A stretch of DNA of 56,818 nt from a virus (Duplodnaviria > Caudoviricetes). The notes under the pieces were generated by a model. It was not told the DNA's origin, did no database searches, and saw nothing but the letters and a program-made list of their open reading frames with translations. The stretch's first letter is position 1. Every line of letters starts with the position of its first letter. Shown one piece after another: positions 37,901 to 49,000 of this stretch. Both the position numbers and the translations under genes were made by a program. The DNA lies in IMG/VR virus record IMGVR_UViG_3300042197_002516, positions 1 through 56,818 of that record, one strand, 5' to 3'.

Positions 37901-40900
37901 GTGGTTTTCTAAAATTAATTAATACTTTTTCTGGAGAACCAAAAGGATACTTCATAAATGATGGAAAATAAATTTGCCTACCAGCATCCTGCATCCCCGC
38001 TATAAAGCTTAATTCTTGTAGATAATTAAATAGAATTTGATATCCAGGAGAATTGATTGCGGTATCCAAAGCTACTCCTATACCAGCTAATCCAAACCCA
38101 GCCATCATGCCTGCTCCTACAGCTATAGAAGCTAGTATGTTTACTATAGCATAAGTAGGAAAGTCGGGATTTTGTAACATCAGTCCCTGATTTATATCAT
38201 CAGGCTTACCGGTGTAGCAATAAGATGAATCAGCAATTAAAGTTCTAGGAGCATTAATATTAGCTAAAGGTAAAAGAGCTTTATGATTAGTTAGATCAGC
38301 AATATAGCTATTGCCCGGATAAGATGGATCTTTACCATAATCAATCAAAGATAAAATATCACAGTTTCCATAAGAATCCAAAGAAGGATTAGAATAAGGT
38401 ACAAATTTTTCTGTATCTCCTACGTGCAGAATCAGCTCCCAGCTACATAAAGAATTAAATATATCTGAGCTTTTTTGTTTATTTTCAGCATCCTCTATAC
38501 CCGCTAAATATTGACTATTAATTATATTATCCTGTACACTCATATCATCTTCTTCATCTACAACTATTATGGTTAATTTAAATTCAGTAGATCCTTTTAG
38601 ATCTCTGCCTCTCTGAGCTTTGGTGCTTGTATCAGGAGGAGAGTATCCTTTAAACAATGTATCGGCTGCTAGTTTAGATAAAGTATTATTATTAATATTA
38701 ATTTTATTATATTTCATAATAGAAGTATAAAAACAAGCTTGTCTGTCAGAATAATTAATAGCAGCATTAGACGGATTGACTTCATCAGACGATGTAATAA
38801 TTTTCTGCTTGGATGCAAATAAGGATGTTGGAAATGTAGTATCTATATTAGATAGTCCACTGCCCGACATAGCTACTAAAATAGGTCCTAGTACAGAGTC
38901 CAATATGCTAGATGGTGCTGGGCACTGCTGTATATTATGATCGTATAATACATTATATTTGGGAGCATTATCTGAAAACTTAATACTAAAATTATATTTA
39001 TTATTCTGTATATGTTCTTGATTAAGTAAGATTATACAGTCTGCGGGATTTTGATGAACTGCACCCAGTCCCGATCCTCCATGAGTATCTATAGTTGCTT
39101 GTATATAATCGGATAATCCAGAAATAGCGATACCGTCTGTTATGGGTCCGCTACTTCTATATTGTTTTTTAGAACCGTCACTACGAATATCAGCGTAAGT
39201 TGTGGTTCTGGGAGGCACAGAACTATCTATAAAATTAAAAGAGTCAATTCTGATGGGATTTCTTGGAGGTTTATTCTTGGCTAAAGCCATGTCTTGTTCG
39301 TCCATTCCTGCCGTCTCTTCTGGAGGAGGACTTCTATCTTCTACTATTTTGGGCGCCGGTAAAATGTCTAGTCTAACTATTAGATTTTTAGTATTAACAT
39401 AATTTAAAAAATTAAGTTTAACTTCTACATTTTTTATACCAAAATTATTAACTCTCGGAATTCTGATAGTAGTTCTGCCATCAGGAGAAACAATATTTTC
39501 TGGTAAAGAATACGGTCCAGTAACAGCAAAAGAATATCTATACACACCATCATCCTGATATGTATCAAATTCATCATTACGTATTGGTAAATTATTAGAA
39601 GCTATTTTCTCTATTCCTTTGGGTTGACCAGCCGCTAAATATCTATAGGCGTGATTAGAACGATTATGACTATCTATATCAGCATACTCCTTATTTAATT
39701 GATTTTTATTATACATTTCATTAGGAGTATCTCCTTCTCCTCCTATTATACACCCAGCATCCCATTGCACACCGTCACTAATACCTAGTACGATAGAACT
39801 AGAAAATTCTTTTGTTTTTATAAAAGTATCCGCAGCACTACTACCTAGTATGATGCCTCCAGAGGATAATCTCTGTAATTTAGGTCCAACAAAACTAAAA
39901 GAATCTCTAGCACCAGGATTAAATTTTAATATGCTACTACGATTAGCATGTATACTATATCCTGGACTATTATGTCCTATCCACCCGCTAGTAGGATGGA
40001 AAACCCCCTTAGTAAAAGTTAATACTCCTCCAGTGGTAGCTGGTAAAGCTTTTTGATAACACATTTTATGAGTAGACTGATTACCTACTGGTAAGCCTTG
40101 TGCAGTATTTATATACGATAAATTATGGCCTGTGATTTTAGGTAATAATTTAAATTGCTGAGATACTATTTGTCCGCTATAGGGTACGATTGGATCCGTG
40201 GGCAATTCTAATCCTGACACTCTAGGTATAGCATATTGATTTAAAAAATTAGTATCATACCCTCCATATGTTTTAATAGGAGGAGCAAAGTCCGTGCTAA
40301 TAACAGGAAAAATAAATTCTATAAAGTCAGTTTCTATAAATTTTGACAGAGTAGTATCGTATAAGTATTTGTATAATGTAAAGCCTGCTGGAGATTTATT
40401 GTATCTGGTATATCGTAATACATTTTGCCTATTGACTCCGGTTTCATTAGTCCCAGCACCTGTTATTATCGAAGCTTTTCTTCCCACTATTGATGGTTCA
40501 TATAAACTTAAGCAATTAGCGCATTCTGGTCTATCAGAACGAATTTTTTCTAGTATAATAGAATGTATTTTAATAATAGTATTATTTGGCTTATATACTA
40601 ATGCAAAATTTGTATCATCCGCATATATTTTATTTGATTTAATATTAAATTTATAATTAGCATTAAGATTAGTTACTTCTTGTTGTGGTACACTAAATCT
40701 ACCAACGGTAGAAAGACCCAAAAACTCTTTCACTAACATATTAGTATTTATGGGCCAAAATACTCCTCCTATATTGCTGATAGCGAATCTATCGAATGTA
40801 GGACAGTGTACTCGCAGATTGTCCTTATTTAGATATAATGCAGTAAATTCAGGACTAGTTGTTATATTTGGAGGAGCTATCCATGTATTTGTATCTCTAT

Positions 40901-43049
40901 CAAAATATTTGCCTTTATTATCGGCGTTGTCTGTTAAATCGGGATTCCTCAGCGTCTTTGTGCCTCTTTTATCTCCTCCATCTACTACATATATTGTGCG
41001 TGGTTTAATAAAAGAACCGAATGGAGTAATAACCTGACATTGAATAACAAAAATACCAGTATCAGAAACAATCAGCTCCGGTTCTGCTAAATCAGAAGTG
41101 TCTGTAGCTGTACTACTTGAGTCTCTAGGATTTTTAAATTTTGCTTTTGGACCGCTTAATTGTGACCATAAATATGTAATTTTAGGACCTAAATATTTTT
41201 CTGGTAAAAAATAAGTTTCATTAATTCTGGTTTTTGGTTCGTATGATACTGCCGCTAATGGGATAGTAGCAGAAACTGATGGACTTAAAACCTCGGAGGA
41301 TGTATTATATGTTTGATATATATATGTATTGTTATTAGCAGGAAGCTCTAGTACTTGATTATTATTTGTATAATCTTTATCTATATAACCACCAGAAGTT
41401 AATCTTGGTAAAAACTCTGTTTTGTCTATTCCCGGAAATTCTGCTTTAACAGCATCGTATAAAGGGATAGTATCTATTACAGCCCCTCCAGTTATAAGAT
41501 TTATATTAGACTTATTATCTCCTATATCGGTAGATATGGTATTGGTATCAAATTTTATGTCTTGATTATTAAAAACTATAGTGTTTGTTGTTCCTTTTGG
41601 ACATAGAGTTGTAGTAACTTGTGTGACTACAATGCCAGTATTATCAATTTTTATTCCTGCTTTTTTAGATAAAATAGTATCCGCAGAAATCTGTAATGAT
41701 GCACCATATTTCTGTAATAATTTAACAAATAATTGTTTTTTAGACGTCACTAAGTTATTATTAAAAGAATATGGAGATGGTTTAGTATCTAAAAATAAAC
41801 TATTATTAGGAGATAAATTAGTTGTTGTGGGATTTTTTGTAATAGTTTGTAATTTCTCGCTAATTCGTTGAGTATATGTTTTTAATAAATCTATTTCAGT
41901 ATCGATAGAAGTGCTTGCTTCTTGTGCTAGAATATATTCATTGATTAGTAATTTAATTTCTATATGATCCATTGCATTTATAGCAAAATCAGAAATAAAA
42001 GGACTACTACTAAATAAATGAGCTAATTTTTTAAAACATCTAGATCTACTTAGTTTTAATTTTGGATTAATAGTACGAATCTCATCCAAAGTAAAGATTC
42101 TATATAGTTGAGTATAATAATTATATAAACCAGCTGATATATAAGACTTCGAAGGTATTCCTATTGCACTTAATTTAGTTTTTTCAGCATCATTTCCATA
42201 GAAACAAAACATATCACCATTCGGTATCCATAGATGTACTTTATATGATCCTAAATTAATATCTGCTGTATCTAATAAAAACATAGGATTAGTACCAAGA
42301 GAAGATAACGGTATTAATGAGGGTACTGTACCTCTGTGTTCCAATGTTCCTCTGTCATTAAATGAACTAGGACGTTCTAGTACTGGCATTAAAAAATGCT
42401 CATCTATTTTTATAAAGGTCTGTCCGGGTCTAGTTGCTGTGGTTACTCTGGAACCAATAGGAATATCTTGATAATATGCCGCTTCTCCCAAAACTAAACT
42501 TGCTTGAATAGGATTGATAGTTGGGCCTGATGATGGAGTAGACGGAGAACTTGGTGGAGTAGCTGGTGATGATGGTGTTCCTCCAGTAGCGGGACCTACT
42601 ATTTTTACCCAGGCTAATATTCCATAATATAAAGCATTAACATTATTAGGTCTGTTTAATATCCAATCAACTACCATATCTCCATTACTAGCGGACAGTG
42701 TTTTAAAAGACGGCTTAAACTTATAAAAATTTTCTATACCTAAGCTCCCAGAAGTTAGTAGGGTATTACTATTAGCAAAACTACCATCCGATGATAATAC
42801 CTTATTATCTATATAAGTATCGTCTTTGACTAATATGGGCAGCCATGTATATTTAGGAGGATTAGGATATTGGGCGGTAAATAAAGTATTTAAATTATCA
42901 AATTTAGAGTTTATTGGATACGACAAATTGTCAGCAAAAGATATACTAGAAGCATTATCTGGTATGGTATATGGTAATAAGTCTTCTAGTAATGATCCAT
43001 TTAAAATAGAACAATTATTACTAGTGTCTAATATTCTATTATTAATCAT
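34914..43049 (-). CDS. Giant (2711 aa) putative virion/tail protein with PKD/Ig-like and P-domain-like segments
   Basis: TYLWSQLSGP...GIFVIQCQV is PKD-like; IKNVEVKLN...FKLTIIV.D...CSWEL is P-proprotein-like with large insertions. Confidence 0.65.
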   Translation of the reverse strand: MINNRILDTSNNCSILNGSLLEDLLPYTIPDNASSISFADNLSYPINSKFDNLNTLFTAQYPNPPKYTWLPILVKDDTYIDNKVLSSDGSFANSNTLLTSGSLGIENFYKFKPSFKTLSASNGDMVVDWILNRPNNVNALYYGILAWVKIVGPATGGTPSSPATPPSSPSTPSSGPTINPIQASLVLGEAAYYQDIPIGSRVTTATRPGQTFIKIDEHFLMPVLERPSSFNDRGTLEHRGTVPSLIPLSSLGTNPMFLLDTADINLGSYKVHLWIPNGDMFCFYGNDAEKTKLSAIGIPSKSYISAGLYNYYTQLYRIFTLDEIRTINPKLKLSRSRCFKKLAHLFSSSPFISDFAINAMDHIEIKLLINEYILAQEASTSIDTEIDLLKTYTQRISEKLQTITKNPTTTNLSPNNSLFLDTKPSPYSFNNNLVTSKKQLFVKLLQKYGASLQISADTILSKKAGIKIDNTGIVVTQVTTTLCPKGTTNTIVFNNQDIKFDTNTISTDIGDNKSNINLITGGAVIDTIPLYDAVKAEFPGIDKTEFLPRLTSGGYIDKDYTNNNQVLELPANNNTYIYQTYNTSSEVLSPSVSATIPLAAVSYEPKTRINETYFLPEKYLGPKITYLWSQLSGPKAKFKNPRDSSSTATDTSDLAEPELIVSDTGIFVIQCQVITPFGSFIKPRTIYVVDGGDKRGTKTLRNPDLTDNADNKGKYFDRDTNTWIAPPNITTSPEFTALYLNKDNLRVHCPTFDRFAISNIGGVFWPINTNMLVKEFLGLSTVGRFSVPQQEVTNLNANYKFNIKSNKIYADDTNFALVYKPNNTIIKIHSIILEKIRSDRPECANCLSLYEPSIVGRKASIITGAGTNETGVNRQNVLRYTRYNKSPAGFTLYKYLYDTTLSKFIETDFIEFIFPVISTDFAPPIKTYGGYDTNFLNQYAIPRVSGLELPTDPIVPYSGQIVSQQFKLLPKITGHNLSYINTAQGLPVGNQSTHKMCYQKALPATTGGVLTFTKGVFHPTSGWIGHNSPGYSIHANRSSILKFNPGARDSFSFVGPKLQRLSSGGIILGSSAADTFIKTKEFSSSIVLGISDGVQWDAGCIIGGEGDTPNEMYNKNQLNKEYADIDSHNRSNHAYRYLAAGQPKGIEKIASNNLPIRNDEFDTYQDDGVYRYSFAVTGPYSLPENIVSPDGRTTIRIPRVNNFGIKNVEVKLNFLNYVNTKNLIVRLDILPAPKIVEDRSPPPEETAGMDEQDMALAKNKPPRNPIRIDSFNFIDSSVPPRTTTYADIRSDGSKKQYRSSGPITDGIAISGLSDYIQATIDTHGGSGLGAVHQNPADCIILLNQEHIQNNKYNFSIKFSDNAPKYNVLYDHNIQQCPAPSSILDSVLGPILVAMSGSGLSNIDTTFPTSLFASKQKIITSSDEVNPSNAAINYSDRQACFYTSIMKYNKININNNTLSKLAADTLFKGYSPPDTSTKAQRGRDLKGSTEFKLTIIVVDEEDDMSVQDNIINSQYLAGIEDAENKQKSSDIFNSLCSWELILHVGDTEKFVPYSNPSLDSYGNCDILSLIDYGKDPSYPGNSYIADLTNHKALLPLANINAPRTLIADSSYCYTGKPDDINQGLMLQNPDFPTYAIVNILASIAVGAGMMAGFGLAGIGVALDTAINSPGYQILFNYLQELSFIAGMQDAGRQIYFPSFMKYPFGSPEKVLINFRKPQDLWHSLEATIFKYSNMPILKPNRYNFVRVRRNFCDSISTFKFSIISDINFFVDNSLYKYIQPICGTTLTGAPAIISDVLCQEGDLVYASFVSAAGATTQCPDETGVYIVQKGSWIRIKDKPKLAPNATEQERISNDNAWRTQNNYGDLKHALPLGLINSHIRYGNDFFSNSLYGDMLDAKVIAIDSRIPYDIFSIGDTIELYTESNTKEPDDSTEILRVSIINKALIYKKNKLVSVLILSTGVGKNDRLSPSLGNKIFFVYKNNPTSLDNTAAIYNTWGLDKNSNYSSNSSSYDIIAPAHSTGSYGDISPFISKNYLYNNISFNKLKNIYQIFNNSINDKIKFNTIKFWTYNDKLDLIPASGVTGGVHGFAYSADVLQNSIFDSDPNVVIADTANARYRGQRTSVESEIVYQLQQQLRFSTSNTNEDVQDFMYIKLPSFNDSSLSGLYGVLEIENDYVEYIPIKPLDNTDFNNLKQRILTIDNDSYDAELESKTGDENFTTDIINSKKIKYIAMHLDKLSKKIKDKGDCHSRNPSNPNQCYILRTSRALDRLYKERHSILTVLNTQTLPSANVTYIDPDTQQNGSANGEIIYENKYYITIKPVTADSDPVKIFKNKNTIITRDYIPTHTLRVDHPKYANTGILPKLEPVITTDNGHYLIDYKKINQDHYMINIDPSQGCICDFASNPKILISTEYSCVEALPLFKGLRISNNICPDFARNESIGDSGPEKFDGSKFNSYKYTIPQLDIDRQKTTFEQQFNSNIKDWKTIIIERWFNINGDEIISGIPNDELTVHSIETYLVPVPYYEMPNPTLLGDDKSSDINAAPGYIKCFTDTGSPAGNGLISDITSEGTGNRRGKPTRVGNLLNLTTTNSIEVIFKRIPRQLRGCDLLSTVYRYGSRAGYRASSAANPLIPLEIDSVGRLGTINNNLYYWISLQKNANNNLEYTELPDFFKLQNEMIFRSFYGSVDKIENKGKFMSSYFPWELIPYEYGTK

Positions 43050-43060
43050 AGGTAATATAA

Positions 43061-46000
43061 TTATTCCTTAATAGCAGTCAGAGTCCATTTTCCATTTATA
43101 AATGTAAACATAGCATTCTTACCTGAAGAAACAGTAAAACCCATTGGATTATCAAATCCTACATTTAATACTGGTGCATTTACTGATCTGCGTCCTTGAA
43201 TATACTGTAAGGTTAAATTAGCCTGAGTAGCAGAAGATGTGACACCCTTGGCTATTATCACTGGCTTTGTAAGTGGTTCATAAAATCCTGTAAATTTATT
43301 ATATCTACATAATAGTTTAGTTCCCATAGGTGCGCAATATCCACATTTATCTTTAACATAAACAAGTCTGCGATATCCTGCTTGTAAGGGCTGTTTACTA
43401 AATTCCATATCATCTATAAAAGCTCTTGTAGCATAAGTTTCATCATAATCTGGTTGTTTAACTAAATCTTCTTCTAATGTTACATAAATATCTCTATAGG
43501 GACATTTACTTTCTCTTTTATAGCTTAAAAACTCATCAATAGTATCTATATCATTAGTATTAGTAACAACAAAAGGAGGATTCTCTTCTCCACAGCCTTG
43601 TCCAGCCGTCCATAATTTTCTATCATCATCCCATGTAAGATCTATAGGGCCAACCTTCCATAAATCAGGACGTTCTGCCCAATTAAGATAAAATTCTTTT
43701 AATCTATATTTTGGTGTCCATCTATTATTGATAAACTTTTGTGTTTTACTAATAATACTACCTTTATATCCAGAAGTATAATCTAATGAGGTTGGTAGGG
43801 TTGTGGTATTATTTTCTGGTTCAAAACCACCGTCTACAGATAAATCGTCTTCTAAAAAGACTGGAATTACCATAGTATCCATTATTGCTTGTCTAGTTAA
43901 ATTAGCCCAAGCAATAGGTAGATTTTCATTATTTAAGCTTTTTGAAAAAATAGTATTTTGTTGTGAAGATAGCTCGAACATATCTCCATCAGACAGAGTT
44001 TTGTATTTAACTTGTGCTTTACGAACAATTTTCAGCTTAAATCTTTTTGGTCTACCAAATACATCTATAGCATAAGGCTCATCCGCAGCATTAGGAATAG
44101 GGTATCCATCAGCGTCATAACCCCAAGAATGAAGAACTAATGGACCCCTCAAGCCAAAAAATCTTTGATTATTTTCGTGTAAAAGTCTATTAGTACTTGG
44201 CGATAATTTTTTCATCTTAAAAAATAATTGAGCATCATATCTACTATAATCTAAATTATTGAGACCTAAATCCGGATCAGTAGGATGCTTAGTATATGCT
44301 GTTAAATTACGACTGGTCTCTAACGCATATTTAGACTGATTAGGAGGCACAGATCCTCTAGCAACAATTTCTATACAGTGTCTCATACGATCTCTAAAGT
44401 GTCTGGTCTGACCTCCGTATCCAGTAGACGCAGAAGATATATCATCATGAACACCTTCTGGATGCGCTCCGCTATAATTTTGTGTATTTGTATTTTTGAA
44501 TTCTCCATATGGAACTACAATAGGATTTAAAGTAATTAGATTAATAGGAATTTCTTTGTTGTTTTTAATTCTGGAATTTAATTTTTCTCCTGGAGCACCA
44601 CATTTATCGCAAACAATAAGAACAGTACCCTGATTAGCTATTGCCTTAGTTCCTGATTTATCATATTGAGCAACTTTTAATTTTCTTACTTTAGTTCCAA
44701 AACAAAATGGACAATTTTGTGTCATATGCACAGAATATGAGAACGTTGCATTTTTATATGTAGGATAAAATGAAATAGGAGATAAAAGACCGTCTAAGCT
44801 CATAGCAGACTGAGTGCCATAATCTTTATCTAGTTGTGATCCTACTTCTTTTCTTTCGTATAATTGTACTGTAGTAGTAACTCTACCTGTATTCTTTAAA
44901 GTTGTTGGAGAAGTATTGGTGGTTAAGTAGTTAGTATTATTTCTAACCAAACTATTGTCCCCAGGATCAGTACCAATAGTAGGAATAGACCATGCTGTAG
45001 GAGCAGCTGTTCTAGTTTGAAATCCTACGGTTGTAGAATTTAATGAGAAATCTTCTACATACGCGGGTGTTCTAGAGGGCTCAGCTATATACGGAGAGGC
45101 TTGTCCTATTAGCACCATACTAGGACTCCAACCAAATAACTTAGAAGATAACTCCTCACTACCAAACTGAGATTTATCTAATCTCTCATCGTCTTGAGAC
45201 TTTTTTTGATTTCTAATGACATTTTTTAATTCTTGACCAATACTAACTATTTGTTTATTTCTTTTGAGATTAGCTAGATTGATTTTTTTAATTCTGTCAC
45301 TCTCTTCTTTATTGAACAAACCAATTTTACGACTATAAGTTCTAAAACTATACGATGTAGATATACCTTGTTGACCTACAGAACACTGAATATTACTAAT
45401 CATTGGTCCGCCGCTAGGCTTAACATTGGCTTTTAAATCTAATACTGTATAAGGATATATAAAAGTACTTGTAGGAGGGGGGCCGATAGTAAGCACGGCA
45501 CCCGGAATATAAGACAAGTCTGGTACTGTTTCTGTAGATTTTTTAACATCAATATATGTCAAATTACCAGTAGTTACAGTATAGTCATAGTTAATACCTC
45601 CAAAAGAAAAAATGCCTCCTAAATCAAATAGAGGTAAACCTGGCATATCTATCTGTGCAGTTTCAATCACAGATTGGTAATTAACTTTAGATTCTATCTC
45701 CTTATATGCAACAATATCTAAACTATTCGTACCTCCATAGTTCCATGGTACAAAATCATCACGAACCTCAATATCTGTAGCAGTAATAAGATTTTCTATG
45801 GCTAGTCTGGCTTCTGCGGCGGTTGGTTGATATATTGAAACATCAGTACAAACTGGTGGAATATCATTGGTTTGACTAACTGTAATACCTGTTGGATAAA
45901 TATCTAGCTTTTCAACATCTGGATAATTAATCCAAGGCCCATACACGAATTGATTAGATTTAATAGGAATACCGGCAAAAAATGGATGTGCCGCTTTGGG

Positions 46001-49000
46001 CGCTAGCTCAACGTTATTAGCAGAACTATTAGAGGATACGGTATATAATCCTAGGTAGTGAGGATTATTCGCATCGTCATATGAAGCTGGAGTAATATAA
46101 TTTAACATATATCTAATCCAATCCCAGTCTAGACTACTGGTAGTTTTTAGATATATAATTAGATCTTCTGCGGCTATATTAGATAAAACTGTACGATTAG
46201 GATCTTTGGCATGTTCTGTTGTAGATACATTAAGAATAAGACCAGGAGCATCTATCAGTATTCTGGCTCCTAATAATTTGCCAGGATCTAAAAAGACGTA
46301 TCCTTCTTCCACGGAGGTAGATGTGTACAATTTGGATCGTGGCATAGGAGGGAGGCTTGGACCAGTACCCGTAGGATCCACAATCAGAACATTCCAAGGA
46401 TCATATGATTTAACGTTATTGGTCAGTGTTAATGCTGTAAGCGGTGTGGCAGTCAGACCGTTACCAGCGATAAACCCGCTACTTATAGTCGGAGCTACAG
46501 TAGTACCAGAATGTTTTTGGTCTACTACAACATAATCTGTTGGGCCCAAACTGTTAAAATCTAGTGATGGAAAAACAAAAGAATCTGCACAATTGGTGCG
46601 TTTGCTTTCTGTCAAAGCTAACCAAGCACTATAACTAAAATATGGATTGCCTCCGTCTTTAGCAAAATCGGTTGCAAAATTAGTATTTTTAGATGCTTCA
46701 CATTTAGCATGTCTTATATAGTCAAAATAGTAGTTATTATTATAACCTAATAATGGTTTGATCTTACCTTGATCATCAGATAAATTATACCATTCCGAAC
46801 CTCCTACTACTATTCCATCGTCTATAATATTACCATATTCTTCCCAAGCTCCATCATTTGTTGGCTCATAATTATATGTAATTTTACCATCACCAGAAAA
46901 AGCATATCCATAACCAATATTCGTTGGAAACGCAATATTAGCTAGACTTTCATCTCTATAAGATTGTAATCCATTTCCAGGATGAACCATATATTTTTTA
47001 CCATAATATTTACCAACCTCGGTAATAAATCTATGAATAATTTTTAAATCTTGCAAAGCCTTTTCTTGAATATACTGACTACCGTCATTTTTATCTGGAG
47101 ATACTACCGTAGGATATAATGTATCACCAGCAATATTAGATCCTAATAACTTCCAATACCAATCAGTTTGATCTGAAGCTTCTTTAATGGCGTCTTGTGC
47201 CGATAATCCTAGTTCGTTAACCAGCTTTTTACGAGTTTCAACAAAGTATGCTCTTCGAACCATCTCTATTAAATCTGGTTTATAGGTTTTAGCTAAAGAG
47301 TATACTAAAAAATTATCAAATCCGGCTAGGGCTGCTCTAATCTCTGATTCTGTCAACACAAAGTATTCTATAGGAGGTAAAACATTGGTACCGTCTATAA
47401 CACCTAAAGAATTAAAAGCTGTATTAGTGTTTGGGGCGGTAGGCTGATATGTATATGGCAACGGAAATTTAGGAAAATATTTGCCAAGATCGGTTCCTGT
47501 GGCATCTTCAGACTCTAAAGCGGCTCGTGTAAGATTAACAGACATTACTGGTAATTCGCTGACCCTAATAACAACAGCTAACTGTCCCGTCCATGTATCA
47601 AAAAATACTGGTCGTATATCTCTGGTAGAAGTTGTACTGTCTGTAGATCCTCCACTAGTTTTTAAAGTGATATCGCTATCATGAACATAACCAAAAAATG
47701 GACAGATTAAATCTAGATGAATAGGAAACCATCGAGCATTACCTATACCTCCAGTACCAAAAGCTTGTGTATGATTAGTTTTAGTGGCCGGGTTATAATT
47801 ACCATAATGTATATCTATACCATCATTAAGTTCTGGAGTACTTTTCCATACAGTATCATTAGTATCCCAGTGTTTTGATACTACTTTTTGTATCTCATAC
47901 TCATCTTTAATAATATTTGCAAAAGTTGCTTCTAATCCATTAGATGCTACGGTGCCAATTAGGGCGGGATTTCTAGTACTTCCAAAATTAGGAAACCTTA
48001 CTTTCCCGTGACCATAGTTTTGTGTTAAAGTTAGAGAGGGAGGAGCACTATATAAACTAGGTCCATCTTTTAAAGAAAAATAATTAATAAATTTTTTATT
48101 TCTAGGATCAAATACAAAACTGCTCTGAGTATATGCTAATCTATAGCTCTGAATTTGTAATAATCTTTGTTGCGGACCTCCTATAATCATAGCCCTAGAA
48201 TTGGTCTCGTTCTTTTCTTTACCAGAGGTATTTGAAGATACCGGATACCCACTACATTGGAGTAATTTAATAGTACTATCAATAGTATTTGATCTTGGTT
48301 GCTGTAGTCTGCTAACAGCTCTAACTTTAATAACATGATATAATCTTTGATTATAGATGGTTGGAACCATATCTACAGTTACGTCATGACCGGTTTGTTC
48401 CGCTATTATATTAATAAGATCCATAATACTAATAACCGGACCTTGTACTCGTATATCATCTGGCATTTTATATACGGTACGAGTATCATCAGTATAGATC
48501 AAATCAGCTAAATCTAATACAAATTGACATCTATTAGGAGCTATTGTAGTACCAGGAGTAACTAGATGAGTAAAATCTTGAGGATTAATAACTCCAAATT
48601 CATTAAAAGCCGGAGTTATAGGAGCAAATAAATTATTAGCAGATCCTCCTTGTCTAGTAGTCTCATAATCTTCTCTAGTCATACATTTTGATATTATTCT
48701 TCCGAACGGAGAAAATGCTTTTTTTACAGCAAAAATTCCAGAAGTATTCAGATCACTATCTAACTTTTGTTGACTATCATGCGTAATAGATGTCAGAGCT
48801 ATGAGCCCATCTACTATTCTATTAATACTAACTCCGTTATCATTGGGTCTAGCTACGCCAAAACCGTCTACTCCAAAAGATTCTAAAAACCCATAAACAT
48901 TAAATACATTAGGCATCACCCCACGAGATATATCTCTAAGATTATACTCTGCGCCAGCCTTTAAAACATAGTTTTTAGGAGTACCGTAAAAATTTGTAGC